From NCBI GenBank assembly GCA_036390825.1, contig DASWBA010000135.1:17783-81782 (forward strand): a DNA stretch of 64,000 nucleotides. Direction: 5' to 3'. Origin of the DNA: Candidatus Dormiibacterota bacterium. Lineage in GTDB: Bacteria > Chloroflexota > Dormibacteria > CF-121. This document shows positions 17,337 through 29,472 of the stretch, in pieces. Made by a program: the position numbers and the translations under genes. Position 1 is the first letter of the stretch. Every line of letters starts with the position of its first letter. The notes under the pieces are model-generated. The model was not told where the DNA came from. It did no database searches and saw only the letters and a program-made list of their open reading frames with translations.

Positions 17337-19303
17337 CCCGCTCCCTGCCCTCCAGCGGAGGGAGAGGGAGTACTGCCAAGCTGGTGGATCGGTTCGAGGG
17401 AACCCATGTCGTCGATGGACGACAGGTCGCCTGGTGGAGCCCCGAGGAAGACATTGCGGATCACGCGCCGCAGGATCTTGCCGTTGCGAGTTTTGGGCAG
17501 GCGGGGGACGACGTGCACCGCCGCCGGCTTGAATGGCTTACCCAGCAAGCGTTCGATACTGCGCGACACCGCTCCAGGGATCGCCGCCGGATCCGCCCCG
17601 GGCCGAGCCACCACGAAGACCACCACCGATTGGCCTTTGATCGGGTCGGGCACCCCCACCGCAGCTGCCTCGGCCGCGGCCGTTCCATCGAGGGCGGCGG
17701 CTTCGACCTCGGCCGGTCCCACCCGCTTGCCGGCGACCTTGATGGTGTCGTCCGACCGCCCGAGGATGTACCAGAGCCCGTCCTCGTCGATCATCGCCCA
17801 ATCGCCGTGCACCCAGATGTCGGGCCAGCGCGACCAGTAAGTGTCGAGGTACCGTTGCGGGTCTTTCCAGAATCCCAGCGTCATGCCCAGGTACGGCTGG
17901 CGGATCACCAGCTCGCCCACCTCGCCCGTGACCGGCTGGCCGCGGTCGTTGAAGACAGCGGCGTCGATGCCGGGGATCGGCCCTGCGAAACTGCCTGGCC
18001 TCGATGGTGTCAGGAAGTTTCCTGACAGCAGGCCGCCGCCGCATTCGGTGCCGCCCGAATAATTCATGATCGGGAGTTGTCCGCGGCCGACCGTCTCGAA
18101 CAGCCAGGTCCAGGCTTCGGGGGTCCACGGCTCGCCGGTCGATGCCAGCACGCGCAATCGGGAGACGGGGCGCTCCGGGGCGGCGTCGTTTCCCGATGCC
18201 ATCAGGACCCGGGTCAGCGTGGGGGAGATGCCGAGGTGTGTCACGCCGTGACGGTCCGCCACCTGCCACACGCGCCGCGGCTCCGGATAGTCGGGAGCGC
18301 CATCGTAGAAGACGGCGGTGCCACCCAGCATCAGGCTGCCATAGACGAGCAGCGGCCCCATCACCCAACCCATGTCGGTCACCCACATCACGCGCTCACC
18401 CGGGCGGACGTCCATCCCCAGCGCCCAATCCTGCGCGGCTTTGATCGGAAGACCCGCGTGCCCATGGACCGTCCCCTTGGGGCGGCCGGTGGTGCCCGAG
18501 GTGTAGAGGAGCAACAAGGGTTCGTCCGGCCGCATCGCCTCCGTCTCCACCCGCGGCCGCGGCTGGTCGAGGTCCTCCCACGCGACCTCGTGGCCGCCAT
18601 TCTTCACGGTCTCGACACCCGCGCACCTCACGACGACGAGCCGTTTCAAGTCGGGAAGTCCGGCGGCCGCCTCCAGCGCGATCGGCTTCATCAAGACCGG
18701 CCGGCCGCGCCGGACGGCCGCGTCCGCCGTGATCAGCACGCGCGCCTGGGCATCGGACAACCGCTGACGGATGGCTTCCGCGCCGAAGCCCGAAAAGAGC
18801 GGCACGGCCACCGCGCCCAGCTTGGTACAGGCCAACAGGGCGACGGCATTCTCGATCACCAGCGGCAGGTAGAGCCCGACCGCAACCCCGCGCTCGACGC
18901 CGATCTCGCGCAGCCCGGATGCCACACGCTCAACCGCCTCATCGAGTTGCGCGTAGGTCAGCTGCCTCGAGGTTCCAGCCTCGGTTTCGCCGATGATCGC
19001 GAGGCGGTCTGGATCCGACCGGCGATACCGGACCACCGCCGACGCATAGGCGTTCAATCGTCCGCCGGGGAACCACCTGGTCAAAGGTATGCCGTCCGAG
19101 GTGTCCATCACCTCGCCATAGGGCGTCGACCATACGACGCCGAGATCCTTGACCAGCGCATCCCAGAACCAGGGCGGGTTTTGCGCGGCCTTCTGACAGA
19201 GCTCTGAATAGCTGGTGCAGCCGAGCTCGTGCATGAACGTAAAGATTCGGCTCTGGCGGGCCTGCTGGTCCGTTGGTGACCAGACCGGGGCCGTCGCTGT
19301 CAT
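17333..19303 (-). CDS. Acetoacetyl-CoA synthetase-like AMP-dependent acyl-CoA synthetase
   Basis: 656 aa. AMP-binding motif YTSGTTGRPKG, AcsA/acetoacetate-CoA ligase architecture; convergent 4-nt overlap with the phosphoesterase gene. Confidence 0.8.
   Translation of the reverse strand: MTATAPVWSPTDQQARQSRIFTFMHELGCTSYSELCQKAAQNPPWFWDALVKDLGVVWSTPYGEVMDTSDGIPLTRWFPGGRLNAYASAVVRYRRSDPDRLAIIGETEAGTSRQLTYAQLDEAVERVASGLREIGVERGVAVGLYLPLVIENAVALLACTKLGAVAVPLFSGFGAEAIRQRLSDAQARVLITADAAVRRGRPVLMKPIALEAAAGLPDLKRLVVVRCAGVETVKNGGHEVAWEDLDQPRPRVETEAMRPDEPLLLLYTSGTTGRPKGTVHGHAGLPIKAAQDWALGMDVRPGERVMWVTDMGWVMGPLLVYGSLMLGGTAVFYDGAPDYPEPRRVWQVADRHGVTHLGISPTLTRVLMASGNDAAPERPVSRLRVLASTGEPWTPEAWTWLFETVGRGQLPIMNYSGGTECGGGLLSGNFLTPSRPGSFAGPIPGIDAAVFNDRGQPVTGEVGELVIRQPYLGMTLGFWKDPQRYLDTYWSRWPDIWVHGDWAMIDEDGLWYILGRSDDTIKVAGKRVGPAEVEAAALDGTAAAEAAAVGVPDPIKGQSVVVFVVARPGADPAAIPGAVSRSIERLLGKPFKPAAVHVVPRLPKTRNGKILRRVIRNVFLGAPPGDLSSIDDMGSLEPIHQLGSTPSPSAGGQGAG
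17336..17372 (+). repeat. REP-like palindromic element, copy D (minus orientation), embedded in the 3' end of the acsA-like gene
   Basis: GCCCGCTCCCTGCCCTCCAGCGGAGGGAGAGGGAG. Read on the minus strand it encodes the acsA C-terminal tail STPSPSAGGQGAG plus the stop; it is homologous to the tsaC tail at 47770-47811. Confidence 0.7.
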
Positions 19304-20052
19304 TCGCCTTTCGTTCTGTCGCCGGTCCAGAAGCCATCCGGATCGGCGCGACGGATGTAAGCGAGCTCATCCGTCGAGGGCGGGGTCGTGGCCGGAACCG
19401 AATCGTCGATCGCAATCGTGAAACCGGTCGCGGCACGCACCTGGGCTGCTGTTACGCCCGGATGCAGGCTGGCCGCCCGGACCTCCCCACTCGACAGGTC
19501 GAAAACGCCGAGCGTCGTGATCAGCGTGGCCGGGCCTCCCCGTCGACGGCCGGGAAAATGTCCCGGTGACGTGATGTAATCGACGCGCTCGCGAAAACGG
19601 CGCGGCTCGTGCTCCATGATCAAGACGGTCCGCCCCGCGAGCGAGGCGATATCGCCGCCACCGCCGCTCCCGGGCAGGCGGACCATGGAGCCGCTGCCGC
19701 TCGTCCGGGTGGTGTTGAGGTTGCCCTGGGGGTCGATTTCGGCGCCGCCGATGAAGCCGACGTCGACGCGTCCCTGCTGTAGCAGGCTCATTACGTCGTT
19801 GAGCCCGAGGCAGGCGATCGCGCCGACGATATTGGGCGGATCGCCCATGGTGTAGATGAAGGCCTCGGCGGGCCGATCGCGGATGACGCCGTTCTCGAAG
19901 AGCCCGATCGCGGTCGGAGCGTGAGTGGCCTTCGCCAGTCCGAAGCCGAGCAATGGGAGGCGCATCCCGACGAAGACAACCTCGCCATCGCGGATCTCAC
20001 GGGCGGCCGCCACCACCATCAACTCCTTGCGGGTGTAGGTCGCGATCATGGC
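19300..20052 (-). CDS. CoA-transferase subunit B (3-oxoacid/glutaconate CoA-transferase family)
   Basis: Start at internal M (MIATYTRKELMVVAAAREIRDGEVVFVG...). The CoA-transferase B signature includes the GSGG motif region (SGSGSMVRLPGSGGGGD). The tracker N-terminal extension is rejected. Confidence 0.75.
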   Translation of the reverse strand, partial: AMIATYTRKELMVVAAAREIRDGEVVFVGMRLPLLGFGLAKATHAPTAIGLFENGVIRDRPAEAFIYTMGDPPNIVGAIACLGLNDVMSLLQQGRVDVGFIGGAEIDPQGNLNTTRTSGSGSMVRLPGSGGGGDIASLAGRTVLIMEHEPRRFRERVDYITSPGHFPGRRRGGPATLITTLGVFDLSSGEVRAASLHPGVTAAQVRAATGFTIAIDDSVPATTPPSTDELAYIRRADPDGFWTGDRTKGE

Positions 20053-20975
20053 GCGAAATTGGCAGCGGCGGCAAGCCGGCGATCGCGCACGCGTAAGCGC
20101 TCGACGGCGGCCTCGCCCATGTGGCGCAGGTAGGCACGCCGATCGGGCAGGTCGAGCACCCACTCCTTGAGCCAGGACTGATATCCGTCCGGCGTTTTTG
20201 ACAACCCGTGATACGCAAGAAAGGTCTGGAAGTCGCGGCGCCAGTACCCTTGCACCGACGAGGGCAGCGCGCCACCCGGCTCCTCGACCACCGCGGTGAC
20301 CAGGAAGCCAGGGATCATCGTGCGATTCGGATCGCTGCGGATCACGTCATCCGGGACGATCTCTTCGCAGACGACGATGGTGCGACGCGCCGCGTAGGCG
20401 GCTTCGACGGTGAGGCCCAGGTTCCCCCACAAGTGCGCATTTCCCGAGGCATCCGCGCGTTGAGCGTGGACGATGGCAACGTCGGGCTTGATGGCGCCGA
20501 CGGCCAGCAGACCCGGTCCACCGAACGGATCCTCGATCGGCCGAATCCGAGGATGGCCGCGCACGATATCGCCACCCATCCCGGTGAACGTCGGTAAGTA
20601 GGGCAGCCCCATCGCCGCCGCCTTGAGCCCCAGCCCGACGGTGAAGTTCGAATGGTCTTCCATCACGATGCGCCGGGGATGGCCCTGCTCGTAGGCGCGC
20701 CGAAAACCGTAGCCCGATCCGCCCGCGACGTTGCCCACCCAGGCGGCGATGACTTTCGCCACCGTACCGGCGGCGATCAGTTGGTCGAAGGCCATGTCCG
20801 AGATGGGTCCGATCAGCGTCAGGTCCTTGCGTCGCTGGCGGATGATCTCGTGCACGGCGGCGAACGGAATGCCGGATTCGAGCGCCAATCCGAGCGCGAC
20901 CGCATCGCCGTCATGGACCTGCTCGGCGATCGCCTCGGCCAGCGAGCGACGTTTATTGGTCAGCGGTGACTCCAT
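20046..20975 (-). CDS. CoA-transferase subunit A
   Basis: 309 aa with CoA-transferase family I alpha-subunit similarity, immediately upstream of subunit B. Confidence 0.75.
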   Translation of the reverse strand: MESPLTNKRRSLAEAIAEQVHDGDAVALGLALESGIPFAAVHEIIRQRRKDLTLIGPISDMAFDQLIAAGTVAKVIAAWVGNVAGGSGYGFRRAYEQGHPRRIVMEDHSNFTVGLGLKAAAMGLPYLPTFTGMGGDIVRGHPRIRPIEDPFGGPGLLAVGAIKPDVAIVHAQRADASGNAHLWGNLGLTVEAAYAARRTIVVCEEIVPDDVIRSDPNRTMIPGFLVTAVVEEPGGALPSSVQGYWRRDFQTFLAYHGLSKTPDGYQSWLKEWVLDLPDRRAYLRHMGEAAVERLRVRDRRLAAAANFAP

Positions 20976-21724
20976 GCGGGCGCTCGTTTTTCGAGGAACG
21001 CGCTGATTCCTTCCTTGGCGTCGCGCGAGGGCCCGACGGTCGCCCGGTAAGTCGCGATTGCGGCATCGAGCCGTTGCAGCAGAGCCGGCGCTCGCTGTCC
21101 GCGAGTGGCGGTGGTGAGCGCGCGAAGCGCGACGCCACTGCGACCGGCCACCTCAGCCGCCACCCGATCGACCGCCTCCACGAGCTGCGCTGCCGGAACG
21201 ACCTGGGATACGAGGCCGGCGGCCTCAGCGGCGGCCGCGGTGATGGACTCGCCGAGCAGCAACCGCATGGCCCGCGGGGCGCCGCACAGCTCCGGCAAGT
21301 ACGCGGCCGCCACCGGCGGGAATGCTCCGAGCTTGATTTCGGGAAAGCCGAAGACGGTGTCGTCGCCGGCCAGCACGATGTCACAGAGCAAGGCGAGCTC
21401 CGCCCCGCCACCGAGCGTCGACCCGTGGATGGCGGCGATCGTCACCGGCTTCAGACTCAGCAGGAGTCGCGCATTTTCCCGGACTTCTGACAGCATCGCG
21501 TCCAGCCGGGTGGCGAGGTGATCCCGCACCTCGACGCCGGCCGAAAACGCTTGGGGGAGAGCGCTGCTGAGTACCACGACGCGTATCGAGGTGGCGTCGC
21601 ATTCGCGCAGCGCGTCATTGAGGCGTCGCAGCATTTCGACGTCGAGCACATTCAGTGGTGGTCGACTCAGCGTGATCCGAGCGATCCCTTCCTGGATCCG
21701 GATCGTGATCGAAACCGAAGACAT
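20960..21724 (-). CDS. Enoyl-CoA hydratase/isomerase (crotonase fold)
   Basis: Start at MSSVSITIRIQEGIARITLSRPP... Crotonase motifs (GGGAELALLCD, FGFPEIKLG). The tracker upstream extension (to 22174) is rejected because it overlaps a plus-strand gene. Confidence 0.8.
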   Translation of the reverse strand: MSSVSITIRIQEGIARITLSRPPLNVLDVEMLRRLNDALRECDATSIRVVVLSSALPQAFSAGVEVRDHLATRLDAMLSEVRENARLLLSLKPVTIAAIHGSTLGGGAELALLCDIVLAGDDTVFGFPEIKLGAFPPVAAAYLPELCGAPRAMRLLLGESITAAAAEAAGLVSQVVPAAQLVEAVDRVAAEVAGRSGVALRALTTATRGQRAPALLQRLDAAIATYRATVGPSRDAKEGISAFLEKRAPAWSHR

Positions 21725-21766
21725 TTCGGGTGCCGGCACCGTCGGTAATGCTAGTACGCTTGTTGC

Positions 21767-22156
21767 GTGCAGACATGTCCGCGTTGTGAGCAGCCGGTCG
21801 CCGCCGAGGCGCTCTTCTGCCAGCGTTGCGGCGCCCAGCTCAAGGTGCAGCCGGTCGAAGGCGAGATCATCGATGGCACGCGACGGTTTGCGAAGCAACG
21901 ACCGATCAGCCCGGGTCGTGCCGCCCGCCTGTCGATCGTTCCCGGCCTCGGCCACTGGTACGCGGGAGCGCCGCTCAAAGGCGTTGTGTTCTTCGCGGCC
22001 ATCCTTGGACCGGTCGTGATCGGCACCGAGCTCGATCTGACGGTGGTGGGCGCCGCACTCGGGATTCCGCTCGACCTTGGCGGTCTCGGTCTGTGGGGGT
22101 TTTGCGCCTACGACGCATACCGCACGGCGCGAAAGCGGATGCGGCCGGCTGCCTGA
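21767..22156 (+). CDS. Zinc-ribbon domain membrane protein (hypothetical)
   Basis: 129 aa. N-terminal CPRC...CQRCG zinc ribbon followed by two hydrophobic segments; divergent from the enoyl-CoA hydratase gene. Confidence 0.45.
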   Translation: MQTCPRCEQPVAAEALFCQRCGAQLKVQPVEGEIIDGTRRFAKQRPISPGRAARLSIVPGLGHWYAGAPLKGVVFFAAILGPVVIGTELDLTVVGAALGIPLDLGGLGLWGFCAYDAYRTARKRMRPAA

Positions 22157-22228
22157 ATAGGCCGCTGGACCCATCGGTCTCTAGCCGACGCAATGCCTCT
22201 CGCAAGCTTGCTCTCTTAGTGTCGCTGT

Positions 22229-22642
22229 GTGGCGTGGGAGCGGCGGGTCCTCCTCATCGAGGACGATGCAGACGTCGCGGCCCTGTACGTGTTGCAGCTT
22301 CGCCGCGACGGAATTCCCCTCGAGCACGCCCGCACTGGGGCGGAGGCGGCGGCATTCGTTCGGGACCGCGTACCCGCCCTGATCCTCGTCGACCTCAAGC
22401 TGCCTGATGTTGACGGCCGGGAACTGGTCGAGCGCTGGGGCGGCGACCCGGTCTCCGGTGCGATTCCAATCTGGATCCTGAGCAACACCATGCCCGAAGA
22501 CAACCTTTGGTGGCACGCGGCGCCCAACGTGCAGCGCTACTTCCTCAAGTCGAGGGTGGCCCTCGGCCGTCTGAGCCTCGAGATCCGCGCGACCCTGGGC
22601 CTGCCCTACGGCGAGCGGCTCAGCCAGCGGACCGCCAGCTGA
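22229..22642 (+). CDS. Stand-alone response regulator receiver (CheY-like) domain protein
   Basis: 137 aa. VLLIEDD...LILVDLKLPDVDG receiver motifs; no output domain and no kinase nearby. Confidence 0.6.
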   Translation: MAWERRVLLIEDDADVAALYVLQLRRDGIPLEHARTGAEAAAFVRDRVPALILVDLKLPDVDGRELVERWGGDPVSGAIPIWILSNTMPEDNLWWHAAPNVQRYFLKSRVALGRLSLEIRATLGLPYGERLSQRTAS

Positions 22643-22669
22643 CGACCGCCGCCTGCGGATAATTGGTCG

Positions 22670-23416
22670 ATGGAAGGCGTCGCTCCGACCGCAGCACCAC
22701 AGCCGGAAGCGCAGCTGCGCTGGCTCGACCTCCTCCCCGTTCTCGTCTTTACCATCCTGGGCGTCATCCTGGTGTTCGCCGGGGTCGTCGTGGTGTCACG
22801 CCTGGACCGCTTCTTCTATCGCGCCAACCTGGAGACCATTGCGCTGAGCGCGACGCTCGCCATCTACCTGGCCTTTGGCGCCGGGATTGCCGTCGCGCTG
22901 CGGCGACTGGGGTCACCGCTTGCTTTCCTCGGCTTGCACTGGCCAACGCCGCGTGACCTCGGCCTGACGCTGGCGCTGGTGGTTCCCTGGTATATCGGCA
23001 TCGCGGTCGTCACCGCGCTCTCATCCGCGGCGTTGAACGGCGGTCGCGTGGTTCCGGGCAACACCCGCCAGCTCTTCATTCAGCATCCGCACGGCCTTGG
23101 CATCCTGGTGCTTGCCCTGCTCGTGACCGCGGTCGCGGCGCCTCTCTGCGAGGAGGCGTTCTTTCGCGGCATGCTGTTCGGCTTGCTCCGCCGCCGATTC
23201 CCTCTGTGGGTGGCCGTGCTTCTGAGCGCGATCGCGTTCGGCCTGGCGCATGCGAGTCCTACGGTCAGCTTCGCGCTGCTACCGGTCTTCATCTACATGG
23301 GCATCGTGCTCGCCGTGGTCTATGCATGGACTGGCTCACTGACCAACACGGTCCTGCTGCACGGCCTCAACAACGCCGTCGGCACGGTGACGGTCTACGC
23401 TCTCCTGTCGCGCTAA
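22670..23416 (+). CDS. CPBP family intramembrane glutamic endopeptidase (CAAX protease/Abi)
   Basis: 248 aa, multi-TM. EEAFFRG..., FGLAH and HGLNN motifs of the CPBP family. Confidence 0.7.
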   Translation: MEGVAPTAAPQPEAQLRWLDLLPVLVFTILGVILVFAGVVVVSRLDRFFYRANLETIALSATLAIYLAFGAGIAVALRRLGSPLAFLGLHWPTPRDLGLTLALVVPWYIGIAVVTALSSAALNGGRVVPGNTRQLFIQHPHGLGILVLALLVTAVAAPLCEEAFFRGMLFGLLRRRFPLWVAVLLSAIAFGLAHASPTVSFALLPVFIYMGIVLAVVYAWTGSLTNTVLLHGLNNAVGTVTVYALLSR

Positions 23417-23997
23417 TCCATTTCGGTCGGGATCAGCGCCATCTTCTGGCGTGGCACCCGATCGACGACCACCTCGCAATGCGCGTTGCGAACCACGTGC
23501 TCGGCAATCCGGCCGAGCGGGCTCTCATTTGGCCGGTTCTGGTGGCTGATCCCCATCACGATCAGGTCTACGTTCTCCTCGCGCGCGATCTCGACGATGC
23601 GGTGGCCGGCCTGGCGGGCGACGTTGACCTTGGTGCGAGGCTGGATCGCGTGTTGCGTTGCGATGAACGCGGCCGCGTTGAGCGCCCGCTGGATCCGGGG
23701 GTCTTTCTCGGGCATGGCAAGCGGCGCCTGGAGGGGGATCTCATGCACATAGACGATCAACATTTCGGCTTTGTGGCCCTGGTTCAGGCGGGCCGCCAGC
23801 TCCACCGCCCGAACAGACGCGCCGAGGTCGAGGACAGGCACCAGCACCTTGCGGATCGACTCCACGGACCGCACGGTGCTGGTCGCGCCCCGCGGCGCCG
23901 GCGGCGGAACCCGCAGCATCCACCCGAGGGTGCCGGCGAGGCCGACCGTAAACGCGACCGCCAGCGTGATGCCGAGCGGGCTGAGCGTGAGGCTCAA
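23413..23997 (-). CDS. Universal stress protein (UspA family) with N-terminal TM anchor
   Basis: 194 aa. The USP fold includes the ATP-binding motif G(I)SHQNRPNESPLGRIAEHVV. Confidence 0.7.
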   Translation of the reverse strand: MSLTLSPLGITLAVAFTVGLAGTLGWMLRVPPPAPRGATSTVRSVESIRKVLVPVLDLGASVRAVELAARLNQGHKAEMLIVYVHEIPLQAPLAMPEKDPRIQRALNAAAFIATQHAIQPRTKVNVARQAGHRIVEIAREENVDLIVMGISHQNRPNESPLGRIAEHVVRNAHCEVVVDRVPRQKMALIPTEMD

Positions 23998-24176
23998 TGC
24001 GGAAGCCGCGCCGCCGCTTGCAACCGCCAGGCGCCGAAGGCCACCAGGCCGACGCCGGCAATGCCATAGGGCACGGAATGCACCTCGATCAGGTCGCGGA
24101 GCAAGACGAGGACGCCCAACACCACCGACGCGAAGCCGACGATACGGGTGAGGCGGTAGGGCGTCATGCGGCCCAC
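23994..24176 (-). CDS. Small two-TM membrane protein (hypothetical)
   Basis: 60 aa, hydrophobic, 4-nt overlap with the usp start; no homology recognised. Confidence 0.3.
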   Translation of the reverse strand: MGRMTPYRLTRIVGFASVVLGVLVLLRDLIEVHSVPYGIAGVGLVAFGAWRLQAAARLPH

Positions 24177-24575
24177 CTACTTCTCGAAGAAGCGCGCGAC
24201 CTTCTCAGCGCCGATAGTCGTTGGGCAGATCGTCTCGATGCCGAGGTCGGCGTAGAGATCAGCCCGGGCTGGGTCGTAGATCCGGCAGATCACCTTCTTG
24301 ACCCCGAACTCGTGCTGGGCCAGTTGAGCCGCCATGATGTTGGTGGTGTCGGCATTGGTCACCGCCACGAAGGCCTCGGCGCGATCCGTGCCGGCACGTC
24401 GGAGGATGTCCTCGTCGACCGCGCTGCCGAAGACCATTTCCCCGGCAAAGTCTTCGCCGAGACGGTTGAAGGCGGCCTCGCTGGAATCCACCACGGCCAC
24501 GTCATCCCCCTCCTGGCTGAGCTGCCGGGCCAGGCTGGAGCCGACCCGTCCGCAGCCCACGATCACCGTACGCAT
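24177..24575 (-). CDS. TrkA-N (KTN) NAD-binding domain protein
   Basis: 132 aa. Rossmann VIVGCGRVGSSLARQL and the KTN domain alone; divergent from dnaK. Confidence 0.75.
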   Translation of the reverse strand: MRTVIVGCGRVGSSLARQLSQEGDDVAVVDSSEAAFNRLGEDFAGEMVFGSAVDEDILRRAGTDRAEAFVAVTNADTTNIMAAQLAQHEFGVKKVICRIYDPARADLYADLGIETICPTTIGAEKVARFFEK

Positions 24576-24698
24576 ATAACCTGAAACTATTCTAGGGTTC
24601 GACTCGTTTAGCGCCGAATTGGCACGGGTATATACCGCCCAGCTTGCCCGGGGCGCGAGCGCGCTGGGGCCCGCACATCCTTTAAGGAGTACTACGAG

Positions 24699-26603
24699 AT
24701 GGCAAAAACCGTAGGCATCGACCTCGGAACCACGAACTCAGTGATCGCCGTCATGGAAGCCGGCGAGCCGGTGGTCATTCCCAACGCGGAAGGCGGTCGG
24801 ACGACCCCGTCGGTCGTCGCCTTCACCAAATCCGGCGAACGCCTGGTGGGCCAGCTGGCCCGCCGGCAGGCAGCCGTCAACCCCGAGAACACCGTCTTCT
24901 CGATCAAGCGCTTCATGGGTCGCAAGTACGACGAAGTGGAGACCGAGCGGAAGATGGTGCCGTACAAGGTCATCACCGGCAATGCAGCCCGGGTCGAAGT
25001 CGAGATCCAGGGGAAGCGCTACACCCCGGAGCAGATCTCGGCGATGATCCTCCAGAAGCTCAAGACCGACGCCGAGGCCTACCTCGGCGAGAAAGTCACC
25101 GATGCAGTCATCACGGTGCCCGCCTACTTCAACGACTCGCAGCGGCAGGCGACCAAGAATGCCGGTGAGATCGCCGGCCTCAACGTGGTGCGCATCATCA
25201 ATGAGCCCACCGCGGCCGCACTCGCCTATGGGCTCGACAAGAAGGAGAACGAGAAGATCCTCGTCTTCGACCTCGGTGGTGGCACCTATGACGTCTCCGT
25301 GCTGGAGATCGGCGAGGGCGTGTTCGAAGTCAAGGCGACCAACGGCGACACCCACCTTGGCGGTGACGACTACGACCGCCGGCTGGTCGACTACATCGCG
25401 GACGAGTTCAAGAAAGAGCAGGGGATCGACCTGCGCCAGGACCGCCAGGCCCTGCAGCGTTTGACCGAGGCCGCCGAGAAGGCAAAGATCGAGCTCTCCA
25501 GCCGCATGGAGACCGAGGTCAACCTGCCGTTCATCACGGCCGATCAGAACGGCCCGAAGCACCTGGATATCAAGATCGCGCGCTCCAAGTTCGAGCAATT
25601 GACGGCCGACCTCACCGAAAAGACGATCGCGCCATTCAACGCGGCCCTCAAGGACGCAGGGCTGACCCCGGCCGACCTGAACGAGGTGATTCTCGTCGGC
25701 GGCGCGACCCGGATGCCGGCCATCCAGGAACTGGTCAAGAAGCTGACCAACGGGAAGGAGCCCCATCGCGGCATCAACCCGGACGAGGTCGTCGCCGTCG
25801 GTGCGGCCATCCAGGCCGGCGTCCTCAAGGGCGAGGTCAAGGATGTCCTGCTGCTCGACGTCACGCCGCTGTCGCTCGGCCTCGAGACCCTCGGCGGGGT
25901 CAACACCAAGCTGATCGAGCGCAACACGACCATCCCGACCTCCAAGAGCCAGGTGTTCTCGACCGCATCGGACAACCAGCCCTCGGTCGAGATCCACGTG
26001 TTGCAAGGCGAGCGCGAGATGGCATCGGCGAACAAGACGCTCGGGAAGTTCCACCTGGACGGGATCGCGCCCGCACCGCGCGGCGTGCCGCAGGTCGAGG
26101 TGACGTTCGATATCGACGCCAACGGCATCCTCAACGTGCGGGCCAAGGACCTTGGGACCGGCAAGGAGCAGAAGGTGACGATCACCGCCTCCACCACGCT
26201 GAACAAAGACGAAGTCTCGAAGATGGTGCGGGACGCCGAGGCGCACGCCGAGGAGGATCGCAAGCACCGCGAGGAAGTCGAAGCCCGCAACCAGGCAGAT
26301 AGCCTCGTCTACCAGGCGGAGAAGCAGCTCCAGGAGAACGGCGACAAGATCGACCCTGCCGTCCGTTCCGAGGTCGAGAGCAAGATCGAGCCGGTCAAGC
26401 AGGCGATCAAGGACAACGACGTCGAGCGTATGCGGTCAACCAGCCAGGAGCTGGCGACCGCCATGCAGAAGATCGGCGAAGCCGTCTACCGCCAGGCGCA
26501 GGGTGCCGGCGCCGGAGCCCAGTCGTCGACCGGCCCCGAGGGCTCCAAGCCCGGTAAATCCGACGACGGCGACGTGGTCGACGCCGACTTCAAAGAGGTC
26601 TAA
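24699..26603 (+). CDS. dnaK: Molecular chaperone DnaK (Hsp70)
   Basis: 634 aa. [16 protein letters not shown]-like motifs and a C-terminal EEVD-like acidic tail. Confidence 0.97.
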   Translation: MAKTVGIDLGTTNSVIAVMEAGEPVVIPNAEGGRTTPSVVAFTKSGERLVGQLARRQAAVNPENTVFSIKRFMGRKYDEVETERKMVPYKVITGNAARVEVEIQGKRYTPEQISAMILQKLKTDAEAYLGEKVTDAVITVPAYFNDSQRQATKNAGEIAGLNVVRIINEPTAAALAYGLDKKENEKILVFDLGGGTYDVSVLEIGEGVFEVKATNGDTHLGGDDYDRRLVDYIADEFKKEQGIDLRQDRQALQRLTEAAEKAKIELSSRMETEVNLPFITADQNGPKHLDIKIARSKFEQLTADLTEKTIAPFNAALKDAGLTPADLNEVILVGGATRMPAIQELVKKLTNGKEPHRGINPDEVVAVGAAIQAGVLKGEVKDVLLLDVTPLSLGLETLGGVNTKLIERNTTIPTSKSQVFSTASDNQPSVEIHVLQGEREMASANKTLGKFHLDGIAPAPRGVPQVEVTFDIDANGILNVRAKDLGTGKEQKVTITASTTLNKDEVSKMVRDAEAHAEEDRKHREEVEARNQADSLVYQAEKQLQENGDKIDPAVRSEVESKIEPVKQAIKDNDVERMRSTSQELATAMQKIGEAVYRQAQGAGAGAQSSTGPEGSKPGKSDDGDVVDADFKEV

Positions 26604-26621
26604 GCAAACACCTACACCTCA

Positions 26622-26660
26622 CTCCTTCCCTCCCCTCTGGGGGGAGGGTTGGGTGGGGCG
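26622..26660 (+). repeat. REP-like palindromic element, copy A (plus orientation), intergenic after dnaK; probable terminator
   Basis: TCCTTCCCTCCCCTCTGGGGGGAGGGTTGGGTGGGGCGCC: stem CCCTCCCC/GGGGAGGG followed by GGGTGGGG; the same family as the copies at 13391, 17336 and 47768. Confidence 0.7.
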
Positions 26661-26715
26661 CCATTTTGGCTCCGGGCTCGTTTAAGGGATATTCTGAGTG
26701 GGGTAAACCTACGCC

Positions 26716-29352
<2,637 letters not shown>

Positions 29353-29371
29353 AATAGCCCAGCGCTGACGA

Positions 29372-29443
29372 GCCGCCTTAGCTCAGCGGTAGAGCAATGG
29401 TTTCGTAAACCATCGGTCCGGGGTTCGAATCCCCGAGGCGGCT
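29372..29443 (+). tRNA. tRNA-Thr (anticodon CGU)
   Basis: GCCGCCT-TA-GCTCAGCGGTAGAGC-A-ATGGT-TTCGTAA-ACCAT-CGGTC-CGGGGTTCGAATCCCCG-AGGCGGC-T. Canonical cloverleaf with anticodon loop TT-CGT-AA; no encoded CCA. A TAAAAT -10-like box lies 16 nt upstream (overlapping the clpB stop). Confidence 0.85.
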
Positions 29444-29472
29444 TCCTTCCACTCGTTGGCTAAGCTTCGTCG

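Noticed and set aside
24620-24650. Sigma-54 promoter (TGGCAC) upstream of dnaK
   Set aside because: TGGCAC is present (TGGCACGGGTATATACC), but the required TTGC -12 element is not at the correct 5-nt spacing from it, so this is a chance match.
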